From Candidatus Hydrogenedentota bacterium (GTDB lineage: Bacteria; Hydrogenedentota; Hydrogenedentia; Hydrogenedentales; SLHB01): a stretch of DNA of 64,000 bases. Every line of letters begins with the position of its first letter. Position 1 is the first letter of the stretch. The translations under genes and the position numbers were made by a program. Shown piece after piece: positions 9,475 through 19,650 of the stretch. Location of the stretch: positions 1,184,001 to 1,248,000 of the forward strand of contig CAXXTH010000017.1 of NCBI GenBank assembly GCA_963668025.2. The letters are read 5' to 3'. A model generated the notes under the pieces. It was not told the DNA's origin. It saw only the letters and a list, made by a program, of their open reading frames with translations, and did not search any database.

Positions 9475-10428
9475 ATGAGCGAATATCGCTATGTATTTGG
9501 CCCCGTATTATCCAGGCGGCTGGGCCGCTCGCTGGGGATCGATTTGATCCCATTTAAAACGTGTACGTTTGATTGCATCTATTGCCAATTGGGTTGCACG
9601 ACGGTTCATACGGCGGAACGGCGGGAGTATGCGCCGCTCGATGAGGTGTTCGCTGAACTCGAACGCAAGCTGGCGGAGGGCCCGCGTCCGGATTACATCA
9701 CCCTTGCGGGCTCGGGCGAACCTACGCTGCATGTTGGGCTGGGACGCTTCATTGAAGGGGCCAAACAGCGCGCGGATATCCCTGTTGCGGTCATTACCAA
9801 CGCTTCGCTCGTGGGCGGCGTGGTGGTGCGCCGCGAGTTGCTCGAGGCGGATCTATTGATTCCCTCACTGGATGCGGGCACTCCGGAAACTTTTGCGCGG
9901 CTCAACCGTCCTCATGCGGATGTGGCGTATGAAAGCATCGTGGATGGTTTGGAGGCGTTGCGCGCGGAATACCAAGGGCTGATTTGGCTCGAGGTCTTGC
10001 TGGTGCGTGGGATAAACGATTCGGAGGAGGAAGTGCGCCAGATCGCCGGGCATGCTCGGCGCATTCGGCCTGACCGCATCCAGCTCACGACGGTCGTCCG
10101 GCCCGCAATGGCCTCGGAAGTCCTGCCGGTCGAGGCTGCCGAACTCGAACGCCTGGGCGCAATACTGCGGGAAGCAGCGGAATCGTATGGCGGCATCGCC
10201 GAAGTCGTGGCGGCATATTCCGGCGGCGGGAGTGAACAAGCTGGTGATTCCAGCCCCGAGGATGTATATGCCTTGCTGCTCCGCCACCCCTGCTCGATGG
10301 ATGGCGTGGCCCAAGGTTTGGGCTTGCATCCCAACGTGGCGCTCAAGCATATTGCCCGCCTGCTCGAGGCCGGGCGCATCACCGCCGAGCGCCTCGCAGG
10401 CGAAGTGATGTATAGGGCGATGAAATGA
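9475..10428 (+). CDS. Radical SAM protein (COG0731/TYW1-like) with C-terminal HTH
   Basis: FGPVLSRRLGRSLG, CTFDCIYC, GSGEPTL. Confidence 0.9.
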   Translation: MSEYRYVFGPVLSRRLGRSLGIDLIPFKTCTFDCIYCQLGCTTVHTAERREYAPLDEVFAELERKLAEGPRPDYITLAGSGEPTLHVGLGRFIEGAKQRADIPVAVITNASLVGGVVVRRELLEADLLIPSLDAGTPETFARLNRPHADVAYESIVDGLEALRAEYQGLIWLEVLLVRGINDSEEEVRQIAGHARRIRPDRIQLTTVVRPAMASEVLPVEAAELERLGAILREAAESYGGIAEVVAAYSGGGSEQAGDSSPEDVYALLLRHPCSMDGVAQGLGLHPNVALKHIARLLEAGRITAERLAGEVMYRAMK

Positions 10429-10486
10429 AGATCTGACGGATCCGTCGGATCCGACGGATCATGATTATAAGGGAAGCGAGTAAAGC

Positions 10487-12343
10487 ATGAACGAAGTAGA
10501 AGTGTTGTTTGAGCCCGAGGGGATCCGGGTGCGTGTGCCAGCGGGTACGCTTCTTAGCAAAGCGGCAGTGCTGGCGGGCATCGCCATTGACATGCCCTGC
10601 GGCGGAAAAGGCGGATGCGGCAAATGCCGGGTGCAAATCATTGGCCATGCGCCGGACGCCTCGGCGGAAGACTTGAAATCATTTGGCGCCAAAGATATCG
10701 AGCAAGGCATGCGCCTGGCCTGCCAGACGCCTGTTCATATGCCCATGACGGTCGTGGTTCCCCATAATTCCCGTCTTACGGAGACGAGCCAAATCCTGGG
10801 CAGCGCGGGCGGCATCCATGACGTGTCGGAAGCGCAAGATCCGCCCATATGGAAGCGGTATGTCCGCCTGAATGCGCCCACGCTCGAGGATGACCGCGCG
10901 GATATCGAGCGCCTGCTCGATGCGATTGGCCCTTGTGAGGTTCGCCTGGAAATGGCGCGTTTATTGCCTGGTAAGCTGCGAAAACAAGGCTTCCGTGGCA
11001 CGGCGGTGCTCTCGGAACGTTATCTGCTCGATTTCGAGGAGGATAACACCGAGCCGGAATGCTATGGCGTGGCGTTTGACTTGGGCACGACGACGCTGGT
11101 GGGCGTGTTGCTCGATCTCGCCACGGGCCGGGAGATCGCCTCCGCTTCGCGCATGAATCCACAGACGCAATACGGCGATGACGTGTTGTCGCGGATCCAG
11201 CGGGCGCGCGATGAATCGGGCGGGCTCGAGGAGCTCCACGGCATCATGCGCGACGCCTTGAACGCGATGATCGCGGAATTGTCGGAGAAAGCATCCATTC
11301 GCACGGAACGCATCTACGAGGCCACCTTCGCGGGCAACACGACCATGCAGCATTTCCTGGCGTGCATCCCGCCCAATGCGCTGGGCGAGATCCCCTTTGC
11401 GCCCGCCTTCCGCCGTTCGCTTCTGTTTCCCGCCAGCAAGATCGGCATGGAAATCCATCCGCGCGGCTGTGTCGTGGTGTTTCCGGTCATTGGCGGATTC
11501 GTGGGCGGCGACACCGTGGCGGGCATACTCGTCACGGGGATCGCGGAGGCGGCCAAGCCTACGCTGTTCGTCGATATCGGCACGAACGGCGAGTTGGTGG
11601 TGAAACACGGGGATATCCTGCTGAGCGCTTCGACGGCGGCGGGGCCTGCTTTCGAGGGGGCCAACATCAAGCACGGCATGCGCGCCATGAGTGGGGCTAT
11701 CGAGCAAATCGTGCTTGATGGCGATGTGCATTACAAAGTGATCGGCGGCGCGAAACCCGTGGGGCTGTGCGGCTCGGCCCTGATCGACATCACCGCCGAA
11801 TTGCTCCGCAAGGGGATTTTGTCGTATCACGGCCTCTTGTTGTCGGGAGATGAACTTCCTGCGGATTTACCGCCTCGACTGCTCGATCGGGTGATAATGG
11901 GCGAAGACGGCCCCGAATTCGTGGTGGCGCTGGAATCCGAAAGCGGCACAGGCGCGCCCGTTACCGTGACGCACCGCGATTTCCGTTCACTCCAACTGGG
12001 CACGGGTGCGATCCGCACCGGCATCGCGATCTTGCTCAAGCAGGCCGGGCTTACTCCCGCCGAACTCGACCGGGTTTATGTGGCGGGCGCATTCGGAAAC
12101 TACATCCGCCCGCACAACGCCCAGCGCATGGGGCTGCTGCCCTTCAACGTCGAGCTGCCGCGCGTCTCGTTCGTGGGCAACACGTCGCTGGCGGGGGCGC
12201 GCCGTGTGGCGACTTCACGGACAGCGCGCCAGCGTGCGGAGGAACTGGCGTTCCTGGCCAAGCACGTCGAGCTTTCCCGCGATCCCAACTTCCAGATGGA
12301 ATACATGGAGGCGATGTTTTTTCCTATGGAAGAGCCGGTATAA
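10487..12343 (+). CDS. ASKHA-domain reductive activator of corrinoid proteins (RACo/DUF4445) with N-terminal 2Fe-2S domain
   Basis: CGGKGGCGKC...RLAC, DLGTTT, DIGTNGE, AAGPAFEG, AGAFG. Confidence 0.93.
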   Translation: MNEVEVLFEPEGIRVRVPAGTLLSKAAVLAGIAIDMPCGGKGGCGKCRVQIIGHAPDASAEDLKSFGAKDIEQGMRLACQTPVHMPMTVVVPHNSRLTETSQILGSAGGIHDVSEAQDPPIWKRYVRLNAPTLEDDRADIERLLDAIGPCEVRLEMARLLPGKLRKQGFRGTAVLSERYLLDFEEDNTEPECYGVAFDLGTTTLVGVLLDLATGREIASASRMNPQTQYGDDVLSRIQRARDESGGLEELHGIMRDALNAMIAELSEKASIRTERIYEATFAGNTTMQHFLACIPPNALGEIPFAPAFRRSLLFPASKIGMEIHPRGCVVVFPVIGGFVGGDTVAGILVTGIAEAAKPTLFVDIGTNGELVVKHGDILLSASTAAGPAFEGANIKHGMRAMSGAIEQIVLDGDVHYKVIGGAKPVGLCGSALIDITAELLRKGILSYHGLLLSGDELPADLPPRLLDRVIMGEDGPEFVVALESESGTGAPVTVTHRDFRSLQLGTGAIRTGIAILLKQAGLTPAELDRVYVAGAFGNYIRPHNAQRMGLLPFNVELPRVSFVGNTSLAGARRVATSRTARQRAEELAFLAKHVELSRDPNFQMEYMEAMFFPMEEPV

Positions 12344-12361
12344 CCGGGAGGCGGATGCCAA

Positions 12362-13579
12362 TTACTCGTGCGGAGCAGTGGGCTGGGATTCGAGGCAGAG
12401 CCAGGAATCACCGTGCTTAAATATGATGGATTCGGGCCAATCGAGCAGCGCCTCGAGTTCCGGCTCGGAGGCCAGGAGGGCTTTCCACTCGCTGGAATCG
12501 CGCCGTAACGCCGTACAGGTTTCACCGGCATACCCTGCTTGCCGCCATACGCCGCCATGCCACTCAAAGAGCCGCGAGCCTGCCGTGCGCGGGCTTGCGA
12601 TGGAAGATGCATCATCTTTAGAGCTACCGCCGAGGTTTTGAGGCAGATCTTTTATCTCTGATGCGGCGGACATGGATTCCATGCGTTTGCGCGTGTTCTC
12701 GTCTTCCGCGCCGACGCCTGCCGCTTTGCTTGCCTTCTCGCCTACAACCACGGTGTTTTGGACTTCATACAGATAGTCGCGCGGTTTGGCTGTGGCCTGC
12801 GGTACGGCTTCCATGGATTCTGGTTTCAACTCAGCGGCGGATGGCGCTGGACTGGCTGCTGCTACAGGCGGGCTGGCGGGAGGTGCGGCAGCGGATTCTT
12901 TTTCATTTTCAAGATATGCCTGCCCAGCATGCACCTTATATGATTTCAAATCCAGCTCGGATTGGGGAATTCTCTGTAGCGGCTGGGCAGGCTCCAATTC
13001 TGCTTGAGGTTCGCCGCGAGAGGTGAGAGCACCGCCAGCGCAGGATATGTTTTCGTTAGTCTTTGCCACTCGTCTGTCTGCATCAACAGTTGTAACGGCA
13101 TCCGCGGCGACGGCCTCGTCTGGCGCTGGCTCACTAAGGGGCATGCCGGGTTTATTTTCCTCCGTTTTTTCGCAGATAACGGAGTATCTTCCTAATGCTT
13201 CCTGCGGTTTCCCACTCGCCGCCATTTCCCGCTTCGCTGCTTGCCTGCCGCCCATCGAGGAGGGGAGCATTATGATTCCCGCTACGATAAGCAGCGCCGC
13301 CGCCGCGGCTATTGGAAGCGCTATGCGCCACACACGCCGATGGAGCGCCGCTGGGCGCTGGGCCGCTTCGATGCGCGCCCGCACGTCATCGGCGAAGCCT
13401 TCCGGGGCGGCCATCGGGGAAAGGGAGCGGTAGAGTTGATCCACCCGGCGCAGGGCGTCCAGTTCCGCACGCGCCTCCGGGTCCGCCTCGATACGCTCCT
13501 CCAGGATGCGGCGCTGCTCCGGCTCGAGTTCATCATCGAGCAGCGGGGATAGCTCTTCTCGAATGTCATCCGTATCCAT
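12362..13579 (-). CDS. Membrane-anchored anti-sigma factor
   Basis: LSPLLDDEL N-terminal anti-sigma motif, single TM, immediately downstream of an ECF sigma. Confidence 0.8.
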   Translation of the reverse strand: MDTDDIREELSPLLDDELEPEQRRILEERIEADPEARAELDALRRVDQLYRSLSPMAAPEGFADDVRARIEAAQRPAALHRRVWRIALPIAAAAALLIVAGIIMLPSSMGGRQAAKREMAASGKPQEALGRYSVICEKTEENKPGMPLSEPAPDEAVAADAVTTVDADRRVAKTNENISCAGGALTSRGEPQAELEPAQPLQRIPQSELDLKSYKVHAGQAYLENEKESAAAPPASPPVAAASPAPSAAELKPESMEAVPQATAKPRDYLYEVQNTVVVGEKASKAAGVGAEDENTRKRMESMSAASEIKDLPQNLGGSSKDDASSIASPRTAGSRLFEWHGGVWRQAGYAGETCTALRRDSSEWKALLASEPELEALLDWPESIIFKHGDSWLCLESQPTAPHE

Positions 13580-13582
13580 GGC

Positions 13583-14230
13583 TCACAAAACCGCCAGGGC
13601 CTCCAATCGCTCACGCAGCAGGCGACGGGCCTGGTTGAGGCGCGATTTCACCGTACCCGCCGGACATTCCATCACGGCGGCGATTTCTTCATAACTCAAA
13701 TTCTCGAATATGCGCAACACAAACGCTTCGCGGCACGCCTCGGGCAAGTGCATCAACGCGCCATGCAATATATCGCTCAATTCGCCTGCGGAGGCCGTAT
13801 CAGCGGGAGAAGGCAGCGGCGATGCGGCCATTGCGGCCACGGCAGGCGCATCCGTTGAAATGGCGTCTAAAGGAACGCCCATGTTTCGCCCTTTGCGCGA
13901 ACGGTTGCGCAAGTGGTTCCGGGCCATGTTCACGGCGATGCGGTACAGCCACGTCGAGAACTGGGCGTCGCCCCGGAAGCCATTCAGGCTTTGATAGGCG
14001 CGCACAAACACCTCCTGTGCCACGTCCAGGGCGTCCTCGCGGTTTCCCACGAGCCGGTAGGCGGCGTGGCAGATGCGGTCCTGGTGCCGCCGCACCAGGA
14101 TATCGAATGCGTGCGACTCTCCTTCACGGCATTGTTCCACCAATGCCGCGTCAGAGATGGCGTTTGTATCTGGTGCGGCTGCCACCGGCTGCTGTTGCCC
14201 GGCCTCTCTATGTAGTGGGGCTTGTCCCAC
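13583..14230 (-). CDS. ECF sigma-70 factor (RpoE-like)
   Basis: DALDVAQEVF, FSTWLYRIAVN, SYEEIA...GTVKSRLNQAR. Confidence 0.95.
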   Translation of the reverse strand: MGQAPLHREAGQQQPVAAAPDTNAISDAALVEQCREGESHAFDILVRRHQDRICHAAYRLVGNREDALDVAQEVFVRAYQSLNGFRGDAQFSTWLYRIAVNMARNHLRNRSRKGRNMGVPLDAISTDAPAVAAMAASPLPSPADTASAGELSDILHGALMHLPEACREAFVLRIFENLSYEEIAAVMECPAGTVKSRLNQARRLLRERLEALAVL

Positions 14231-14284
14231 TGGCTACTTCCACCTTGTTAGACCCCATCGCCTCACTTGAGTTCGGACTGTCTT

Positions 14285-15193
14285 TCACCGCGAAGCGCGG
14301 GCGGCTATCTGCGTGACGAGCGGCATGCCCGCGTCAGGCTCGGCCAATCCGGCGATTCCCACCAGGCATGCCCCGGCTTGCTGCACCACCAGGCCCTTAT
14401 AGAGCGGATCGCGCGTGACGGCGCGGCCTTCGGCTTGATCGGCGTCTGTACCTAGCGGCAGTTTTTTCTCCCGCAGGTAGGCGCGGTAGGCGTCCAGCCC
14501 TGCTTTCGCCGCCGCCGCATCCGCGTACAATACGACAAACACCCGCGCATCCGCCTCGCCAACCCGAGCATCCGCCGTCATGCCGCGCGGGAAAAAGGCG
14601 TATCCCAACACGCTCTTGGCGAGATAGCGTTCCGTGCCGGGCGTTACGCCGTCTACTTGGAGCATATCCAATTCGGGTGGGCGCGCCGCTTTTGGGAGGC
14701 GCATGCTAATGGCCTTGGCGCATTGTTGTAAAGCGTCTTGGGCGCTTGCATCCGCCGTGGCAGCGTATAGCCGGACAAAGTATTCGCCCTGATAGAACAT
14801 GAGTTGCTGTTCCGAAGCGAAGCCTTCCGCGCCTACCGCCACCGGCTGTTGTGTGGATGAGCGGTAATTCGAGTAGACGCCGAACGCATCCAATGCCGAA
14901 CCCATCTGGTACACATCGGCGTTTATCCGCATGGACGGTTCAGCGGCGCGTTCATACGCCGCAACGCGCGCCTCTTTGAATCCATACGGCATGTACAGAT
15001 CCGCTTCCCCGTCAATGTAGTTGAAGAGATTCTCGGGCGTGTATGTCTTGATGCCTTCGGGTGCGGCCCAGCCCTCCGCGAATCCCGGCAACGGCAGCCA
15101 TTGGCCATCGGATACAGCGGCTGGGTTTGTTGCGCAGCCAGCTAGGGCTGTGGCGCACGCCACGGCTGTGCATAATAAAATCAGGTGTTTCAT
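14285..15193 (-). CDS. DUF6599-like lipoprotein
   Basis: Lipobox LAGC; NLFNYIDGEADLY and AFGVYS motifs. Confidence 0.75.
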   Translation of the reverse strand: MKHLILLCTAVACATALAGCATNPAAVSDGQWLPLPGFAEGWAAPEGIKTYTPENLFNYIDGEADLYMPYGFKEARVAAYERAAEPSMRINADVYQMGSALDAFGVYSNYRSSTQQPVAVGAEGFASEQQLMFYQGEYFVRLYAATADASAQDALQQCAKAISMRLPKAARPPELDMLQVDGVTPGTERYLAKSVLGYAFFPRGMTADARVGEADARVFVVLYADAAAAKAGLDAYRAYLREKKLPLGTDADQAEGRAVTRDPLYKGLVVQQAGACLVGIAGLAEPDAGMPLVTQIAARASR

Positions 15194-15214
15194 AACACTC
15201 CTTAGAGGCCGGGA

Positions 15215-16399
15215 TTATGCAAACAGCGCCCGAGCCGTGTTCATCCGTTCCCCGATGCAAAGCCCATGGATACACTGGGCCACACAGGTGTCGCACTCCC
15301 CGCATATAACCGGGCTGGCGTTCAGCGGAATCCCGTGGTATGTGGCGCTCGCCAGGCGCATATCGCCATACCCTTCCGCATACATCAAGCTGCGGTGGGC
15401 CGTCTTGATATCCACGCCAAGGGGGCACGTGCCGTTACACCCGCCGCAGCGTTTACAGTAGACCGAACTAATGGCCTGGGCGTATTGCATCAGCACTTGC
15501 GATTCGATGCGCGTCAGTTTCAAATCATCCATCATGACCGCCACATCTTCTTCAACCTGCTTGAGGTCCACCATGGACGGGATGGCGCAAGCCACATTTG
15601 TATTCTGAAGCACCCATTTCAACGCCGCCTGATGCGGGCTGATAGCGCCCAATTCCGTTGTCTTATATCCTCCGGCCTGCGTCTTCATTGCGACGATGCC
15701 GATGCCCGCTTTCGCGGCGCGTTCGATGGCTGCGGTATGCTCGGGCGGACTCTCGAAGTTATAGCCCACGAGTACGACATCGTATATTTTGTCCGGATCC
15801 GCCGCCACTGCGTCGAGCACTTCCACATGCCCCTCGTGAGTCGTCACGCCCGCGAAGCGGATCTTGCCTTGTTCCTTGAGTTTGGCCAAGGCTTCCTTCG
15901 CCCTCGGTTCCGCGACGTTGTCTTTGGAGGATATGCCGTGCATTTGCAGGACATCGATATAATCCACCTCAAGGGCTTTCAAGCTTTCTTCGGCGGACTT
16001 GATGGTGGCTTCATATGCATCTGCGCCATTCGAATGCCCGAATTTGGTCGCCACGTAGACCTTGTCCCGGTAGCCTTTCAAGGCCTTGCCTACGATCACT
16101 TCATTTTGCCCGCCCATATAGCCTCGGGCCGTATCCACATAGTTCACCCCTTTCTCGAAGGTGGCTTGTAAAATCGCGGGTTCACTCGTGCCCATTGCGC
16201 CCACGCTGACGATGCTCACCTCGAGCTTGGTGCGGCCTAGCGTGCGGTGTTTAGCTTTGCTGGGCGCGGCGGGTGTGGAGGCTTCTTGCGCCCAAGCGCC
16301 GCCCGCCAAGCCTGAAGCCGCCGTGGCCAGTCCGGCAGCGGAACCGAGTTTGAGAAAGGCTCTTCTGCAGAGTTCATTTGGGTGGGAGGGATCGCTCAT
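15215..16399 (-). CDS. Tat-exported aldo/keto reductase with C-terminal 4Fe-4S cluster motifs
   Basis: CRRAFLK twin-arginine signal; RTLGRT, DTARGY, VATK; CKRCGGCNGTCP and CGECDTC. Confidence 0.9.
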   Translation of the reverse strand: MSDPSHPNELCRRAFLKLGSAAGLATAASGLAGGAWAQEASTPAAPSKAKHRTLGRTKLEVSIVSVGAMGTSEPAILQATFEKGVNYVDTARGYMGGQNEVIVGKALKGYRDKVYVATKFGHSNGADAYEATIKSAEESLKALEVDYIDVLQMHGISSKDNVAEPRAKEALAKLKEQGKIRFAGVTTHEGHVEVLDAVAADPDKIYDVVLVGYNFESPPEHTAAIERAAKAGIGIVAMKTQAGGYKTTELGAISPHQAALKWVLQNTNVACAIPSMVDLKQVEEDVAVMMDDLKLTRIESQVLMQYAQAISSVYCKRCGGCNGTCPLGVDIKTAHRSLMYAEGYGDMRLASATYHGIPLNASPVICGECDTCVAQCIHGLCIGERMNTARALFA

Positions 16400-16641
16400 A
16401 ACCGGTCTCCATCTAATAAGGATAGTGAATTCAGATTGCTGTATGCGCATGCACAGGACATCTCATGCATCTCAAGTCTACGCCCTCACGCCAGCGTGGT
16501 CAATTTGTCTCCAGCCTGGACGCGCCGGAATCAATGGGCATGAAATGAAAAGCGCATGGTAATCCTGCCGGGGGTATTTATGCCGGGTTATTTTCTGTGT
16601 TATCATGAAAGCTATGGGTTGTCGCCACTATGGAGGGAGTA

Positions 16642-17283
16642 ATGTTGCTAGAACTAATCCAAAAAGCTGCTGATGAACTGCGAAACACGGAATCGGGCTG
16701 GGTCACACGGCGAGACGCCGCTGAATTGTTGGGGAAGGCTGCGGCATCGGCGTTGGTGGTGCTGCATGAATGCCGTGATGAAATGGATGTGGATGTGCGC
16801 CGTTCCGTGGATAAAGCCCTTGCCCAGGCCGAAACCATTTTGCGGAGTGCGCCTAAGGAAAGCAGCAAGCATGGGGGGCCCTGCACGCTTGAGGCGCTTG
16901 CCAAAGTGTGCGCCAAACCCGGAGAGCGGGAAGTTAAGCAGAACGGCGAGGGATATGCCATCCAAGTAACGCTCAAGATGGGCCGCAAGCAGACGGTTTT
17001 TCTGGAGCAATTCCGCCGCAGGGATGACTTGGTTTTGATCCGTATTTATACGTATTGCGGCGCATTTTCCGAAGATTCGGCCAAATGGGCCTTGAAAGCC
17101 AACACGAAATTGGCCCAAGGGGCTATCGCTATCGCGGAAAAAGACGGCGAAGAACATTTTGTCATCATGAATTGCTTTTTAGCCAAGGAAGTGTCGCCAG
17201 CCGAAGTCAAGGCTTCCGTAAAAGAGATCGCTTTTTATGGTGATTGGCTGGAGCATAAGCTGAGCGGGATGGATGATTTCTAA
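16642..17283 (+). CDS. HEAT-like N-terminus fused to a YbjN/CesT-like domain
   Basis: RRDAAELLGK and DVDVRRSVDKAL HEAT-like helices; C-terminal GRKQTV...AL.AN...GAIAI...D.LE..LSG.D pattern. Confidence 0.55.
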   Translation: MLLELIQKAADELRNTESGWVTRRDAAELLGKAAASALVVLHECRDEMDVDVRRSVDKALAQAETILRSAPKESSKHGGPCTLEALAKVCAKPGEREVKQNGEGYAIQVTLKMGRKQTVFLEQFRRRDDLVLIRIYTYCGAFSEDSAKWALKANTKLAQGAIAIAEKDGEEHFVIMNCFLAKEVSPAEVKASVKEIAFYGDWLEHKLSGMDDF

Positions 17284-17786
17284 TGCCCGATACCCCCCAA
17301 TCGGACGCCGCTCGCGCCGTATTGCTCGCTGCATTGCTGGAAGGCAAGGGCGAAGGGGCATGCCTTGAGGGGGTGGATCTGTCGGGCATGCGTCTTTCCG
17401 GCGTATGCCTGGCCCACGCGAATTTGCGCCATGCGCATCTTCGCGGCGTGCTGCTGGATTTTGCGAATTTGCGCCAAGCGGATTTATGTGGCGCGGACCT
17501 CGAATTCGCCGTGTTGGGCGGGGCCGATTTGACCCAGGCCAATCTGGCGGATGCGAATATGAAACGATGCAATCTGGTGGGCGTAAAAGCTTCCGAAGCG
17601 GATTTTCGCGGTGCGGACCTTTACTATGCGCGCACCGGCAATGGCGATTTCCACAAAGCGGATTTTCGGAACGCGCATATCGAGCGGACGATATTCCGCC
17701 GCGCCAATTTGTCAGGAGCTGATATGCGGGGGGCGACAGGCTCGCCCATTCTCGATCGGGCGAATCTGGATGGAGCGCTGCGATGA
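17283..17786 (+). CDS. Pentapeptide repeat protein
   Basis: Continuous A(D/N)(L/F)xx repeats. Confidence 0.95.
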   Translation: MPDTPQSDAARAVLLAALLEGKGEGACLEGVDLSGMRLSGVCLAHANLRHAHLRGVLLDFANLRQADLCGADLEFAVLGGADLTQANLADANMKRCNLVGVKASEADFRGADLYYARTGNGDFHKADFRNAHIERTIFRRANLSGADMRGATGSPILDRANLDGALR

Positions 17787-18361
17787 TCGAACCGGCCGCA
17801 TTGGGATTCCGCCATTTCCTGACCTCGTCGAATGAGAGCAACGCCTATATTGTTTGGTGCGGCGAAGAGGGCGAGGCTTTGCTGGTGGATGCAGGCGCTT
17901 TCGCGCCCGCCATGGCGGATTTTCTCGAACAGACTGGCCTGCGCTTGCGCCAGGTGTTCATTACGCATGATCATTATGACCATACAGGCGATTTGAACAT
18001 GGCCGTGGCGCGTTATGGCGCGGAAGTGCTTGCTGCGCGCAATCCTTGCGGCGGCTGCCCCACGAAGATGGTGCGCCATGGCGATACGGTGCGCGTGGGA
18101 CGCCGTGAGGGCCATGTCCTGGCGACGCCAGGGCACACGCCCGATTCGTTGAGCCTCGCCTTGCCGGGCATGGTGTTTACCGGCGACGCCCTATTCGCCG
18201 GGTCCGTAGGCGGCACGGGTTCAAGCGCCGACGCCGCTCGGCAAATCCAGGGCATCCGCACGCACCTTTTCTCGCTGCCTGCTGAAACCATCATCTATCC
18301 CGGCCATGGCCCGGCAAGCACCGTCGAGATCGAAAGCCGTTTTAATCCGTTCTTTGTTTAA
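17783..18361 (+). CDS. MBL-fold hydrolase (glyoxalase II-like)
   Basis: THDHYDH, TPGHT, FTGD, PGHG. Confidence 0.93.
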   Translation: MIEPAALGFRHFLTSSNESNAYIVWCGEEGEALLVDAGAFAPAMADFLEQTGLRLRQVFITHDHYDHTGDLNMAVARYGAEVLAARNPCGGCPTKMVRHGDTVRVGRREGHVLATPGHTPDSLSLALPGMVFTGDALFAGSVGGTGSSADAARQIQGIRTHLFSLPAETIIYPGHGPASTVEIESRFNPFFV

Positions 18362-18411
18362 GGGCGGCTGGAGAGAAAAATCTCCAGCCAGCCCATGTGT
18401 TTCGCCGTTAT

Positions 18412-19650
18412 TTATACGGCCTGCCAGAGCGTACTGATCGGCAGCGCATGCAACGCCGGGCCAAACGACACCGCTTCCCGTCCGGTGTAGAGCACGATGC
18501 CGCATTTGAAGCGTTCGCCTAGCTCCTGCTGTAAGAACCGGAGCTGCTTGAAATCGTGGCTGCTGGCCGAAGCGGCGGCTTTCACTTCGATGGCTACGAT
18601 GCCGCCGCCGGGGCTTTCCAGTATCAAATCCACTTCCTGCCCCGTGAGCGCACGGAAATGGTACAGGCTCGGCTGCGTAGCGCTCCAGGAGGCTTGCTTC
18701 CGCAGTTCCACGGCCACGAAGCTCTCGAGCAACTGCCCCGCCAGTTCCCGGTCCTGGGTAAGCCGGGCGGGGTCCGCCCCGAGCAGATGAATGGCCAGGC
18801 CTGTATCACAAAGCATGGCTTTGGGCGATTTAGCCAGCCGCTTGCTCAGGTTAACAGACCATGCGGGCAGGAGCTGGACGAGGAATGTCGCCTCGAGCAG
18901 CGCCATGTAACGCTTGAGGGTCGTTTGCGGCATGCTGAGGCTGCGCGACAAGTCCGAGTAGTTCAGAAGTGTTGCGGTGCGCATCGCCAGTATCGCCAAC
19001 AGCCGGGGCATCTCGGCCATATGATCAATTTGGGCCAGATCGCGCACATCCCGCTGGAGAATGGCGGTGACGTAAGAGCTAAACCATGCCCGGCGGCGGG
19101 ACTGGTCCTTGCGCATATACGCCTCTGGATAACCGCCGCCCACCATCATGCCAATAAGATCCTGCATCGCGCACGGCTGCGCCGTTGGCCAGGATGCCTG
19201 CCCGGCAAACGCGCGGTCGATGAAGGTTTCACGCACCCCGTTGATTTCGCCTTGCGAAAAAGGCCATAGGGTGATGATTTCCATCCGCCCCGCCAGCGAT
19301 TCCGAAACCGTCGGCAGCATCATGATATCCGCGGAGCCGGTCAGCAAAAAACGGCCCGGCTGGCGGTTGCGGTCCACCTGGCTTTTGATGGCCACCAGCA
19401 AATCCGGCGCGCGTTGAATTTCATCCAACACCACGGGGCCTTGAAGGCCGTCAATGAATCCGGCGGGGTCACTGGCCACGGCGGATAGCACCGTATTGTC
19501 ATCCAAGGTGACGTACCGCATGCCCGGCGTATTCCCGGCCAATTCGCGCATGAGGGTGCTCTTCCCCGTTTGCCGTGCTCCGTGGAGGAGGATGACTGGG
19601 GTGTCCGCAAGGGCCGCCTGAATGGCGCTCTGGATATTACGCTGGATCAT
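18412..19650 (-). CDS. AAA_14 ATPase with DUF4143 and C-terminal PD-(D/E)XK-like domain
   Basis: GARQTGKST, LDEIQ, LTGS, ESLAGR, GGYP, DTGL, EVDL...AIEVK. Confidence 0.93.
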   Translation of the reverse strand: MIQRNIQSAIQAALADTPVILLHGARQTGKSTLMRELAGNTPGMRYVTLDDNTVLSAVASDPAGFIDGLQGPVVLDEIQRAPDLLVAIKSQVDRNRQPGRFLLTGSADIMMLPTVSESLAGRMEIITLWPFSQGEINGVRETFIDRAFAGQASWPTAQPCAMQDLIGMMVGGGYPEAYMRKDQSRRRAWFSSYVTAILQRDVRDLAQIDHMAEMPRLLAILAMRTATLLNYSDLSRSLSMPQTTLKRYMALLEATFLVQLLPAWSVNLSKRLAKSPKAMLCDTGLAIHLLGADPARLTQDRELAGQLLESFVAVELRKQASWSATQPSLYHFRALTGQEVDLILESPGGGIVAIEVKAAASASSHDFKQLRFLQQELGERFKCGIVLYTGREAVSFGPALHALPISTLWQAV

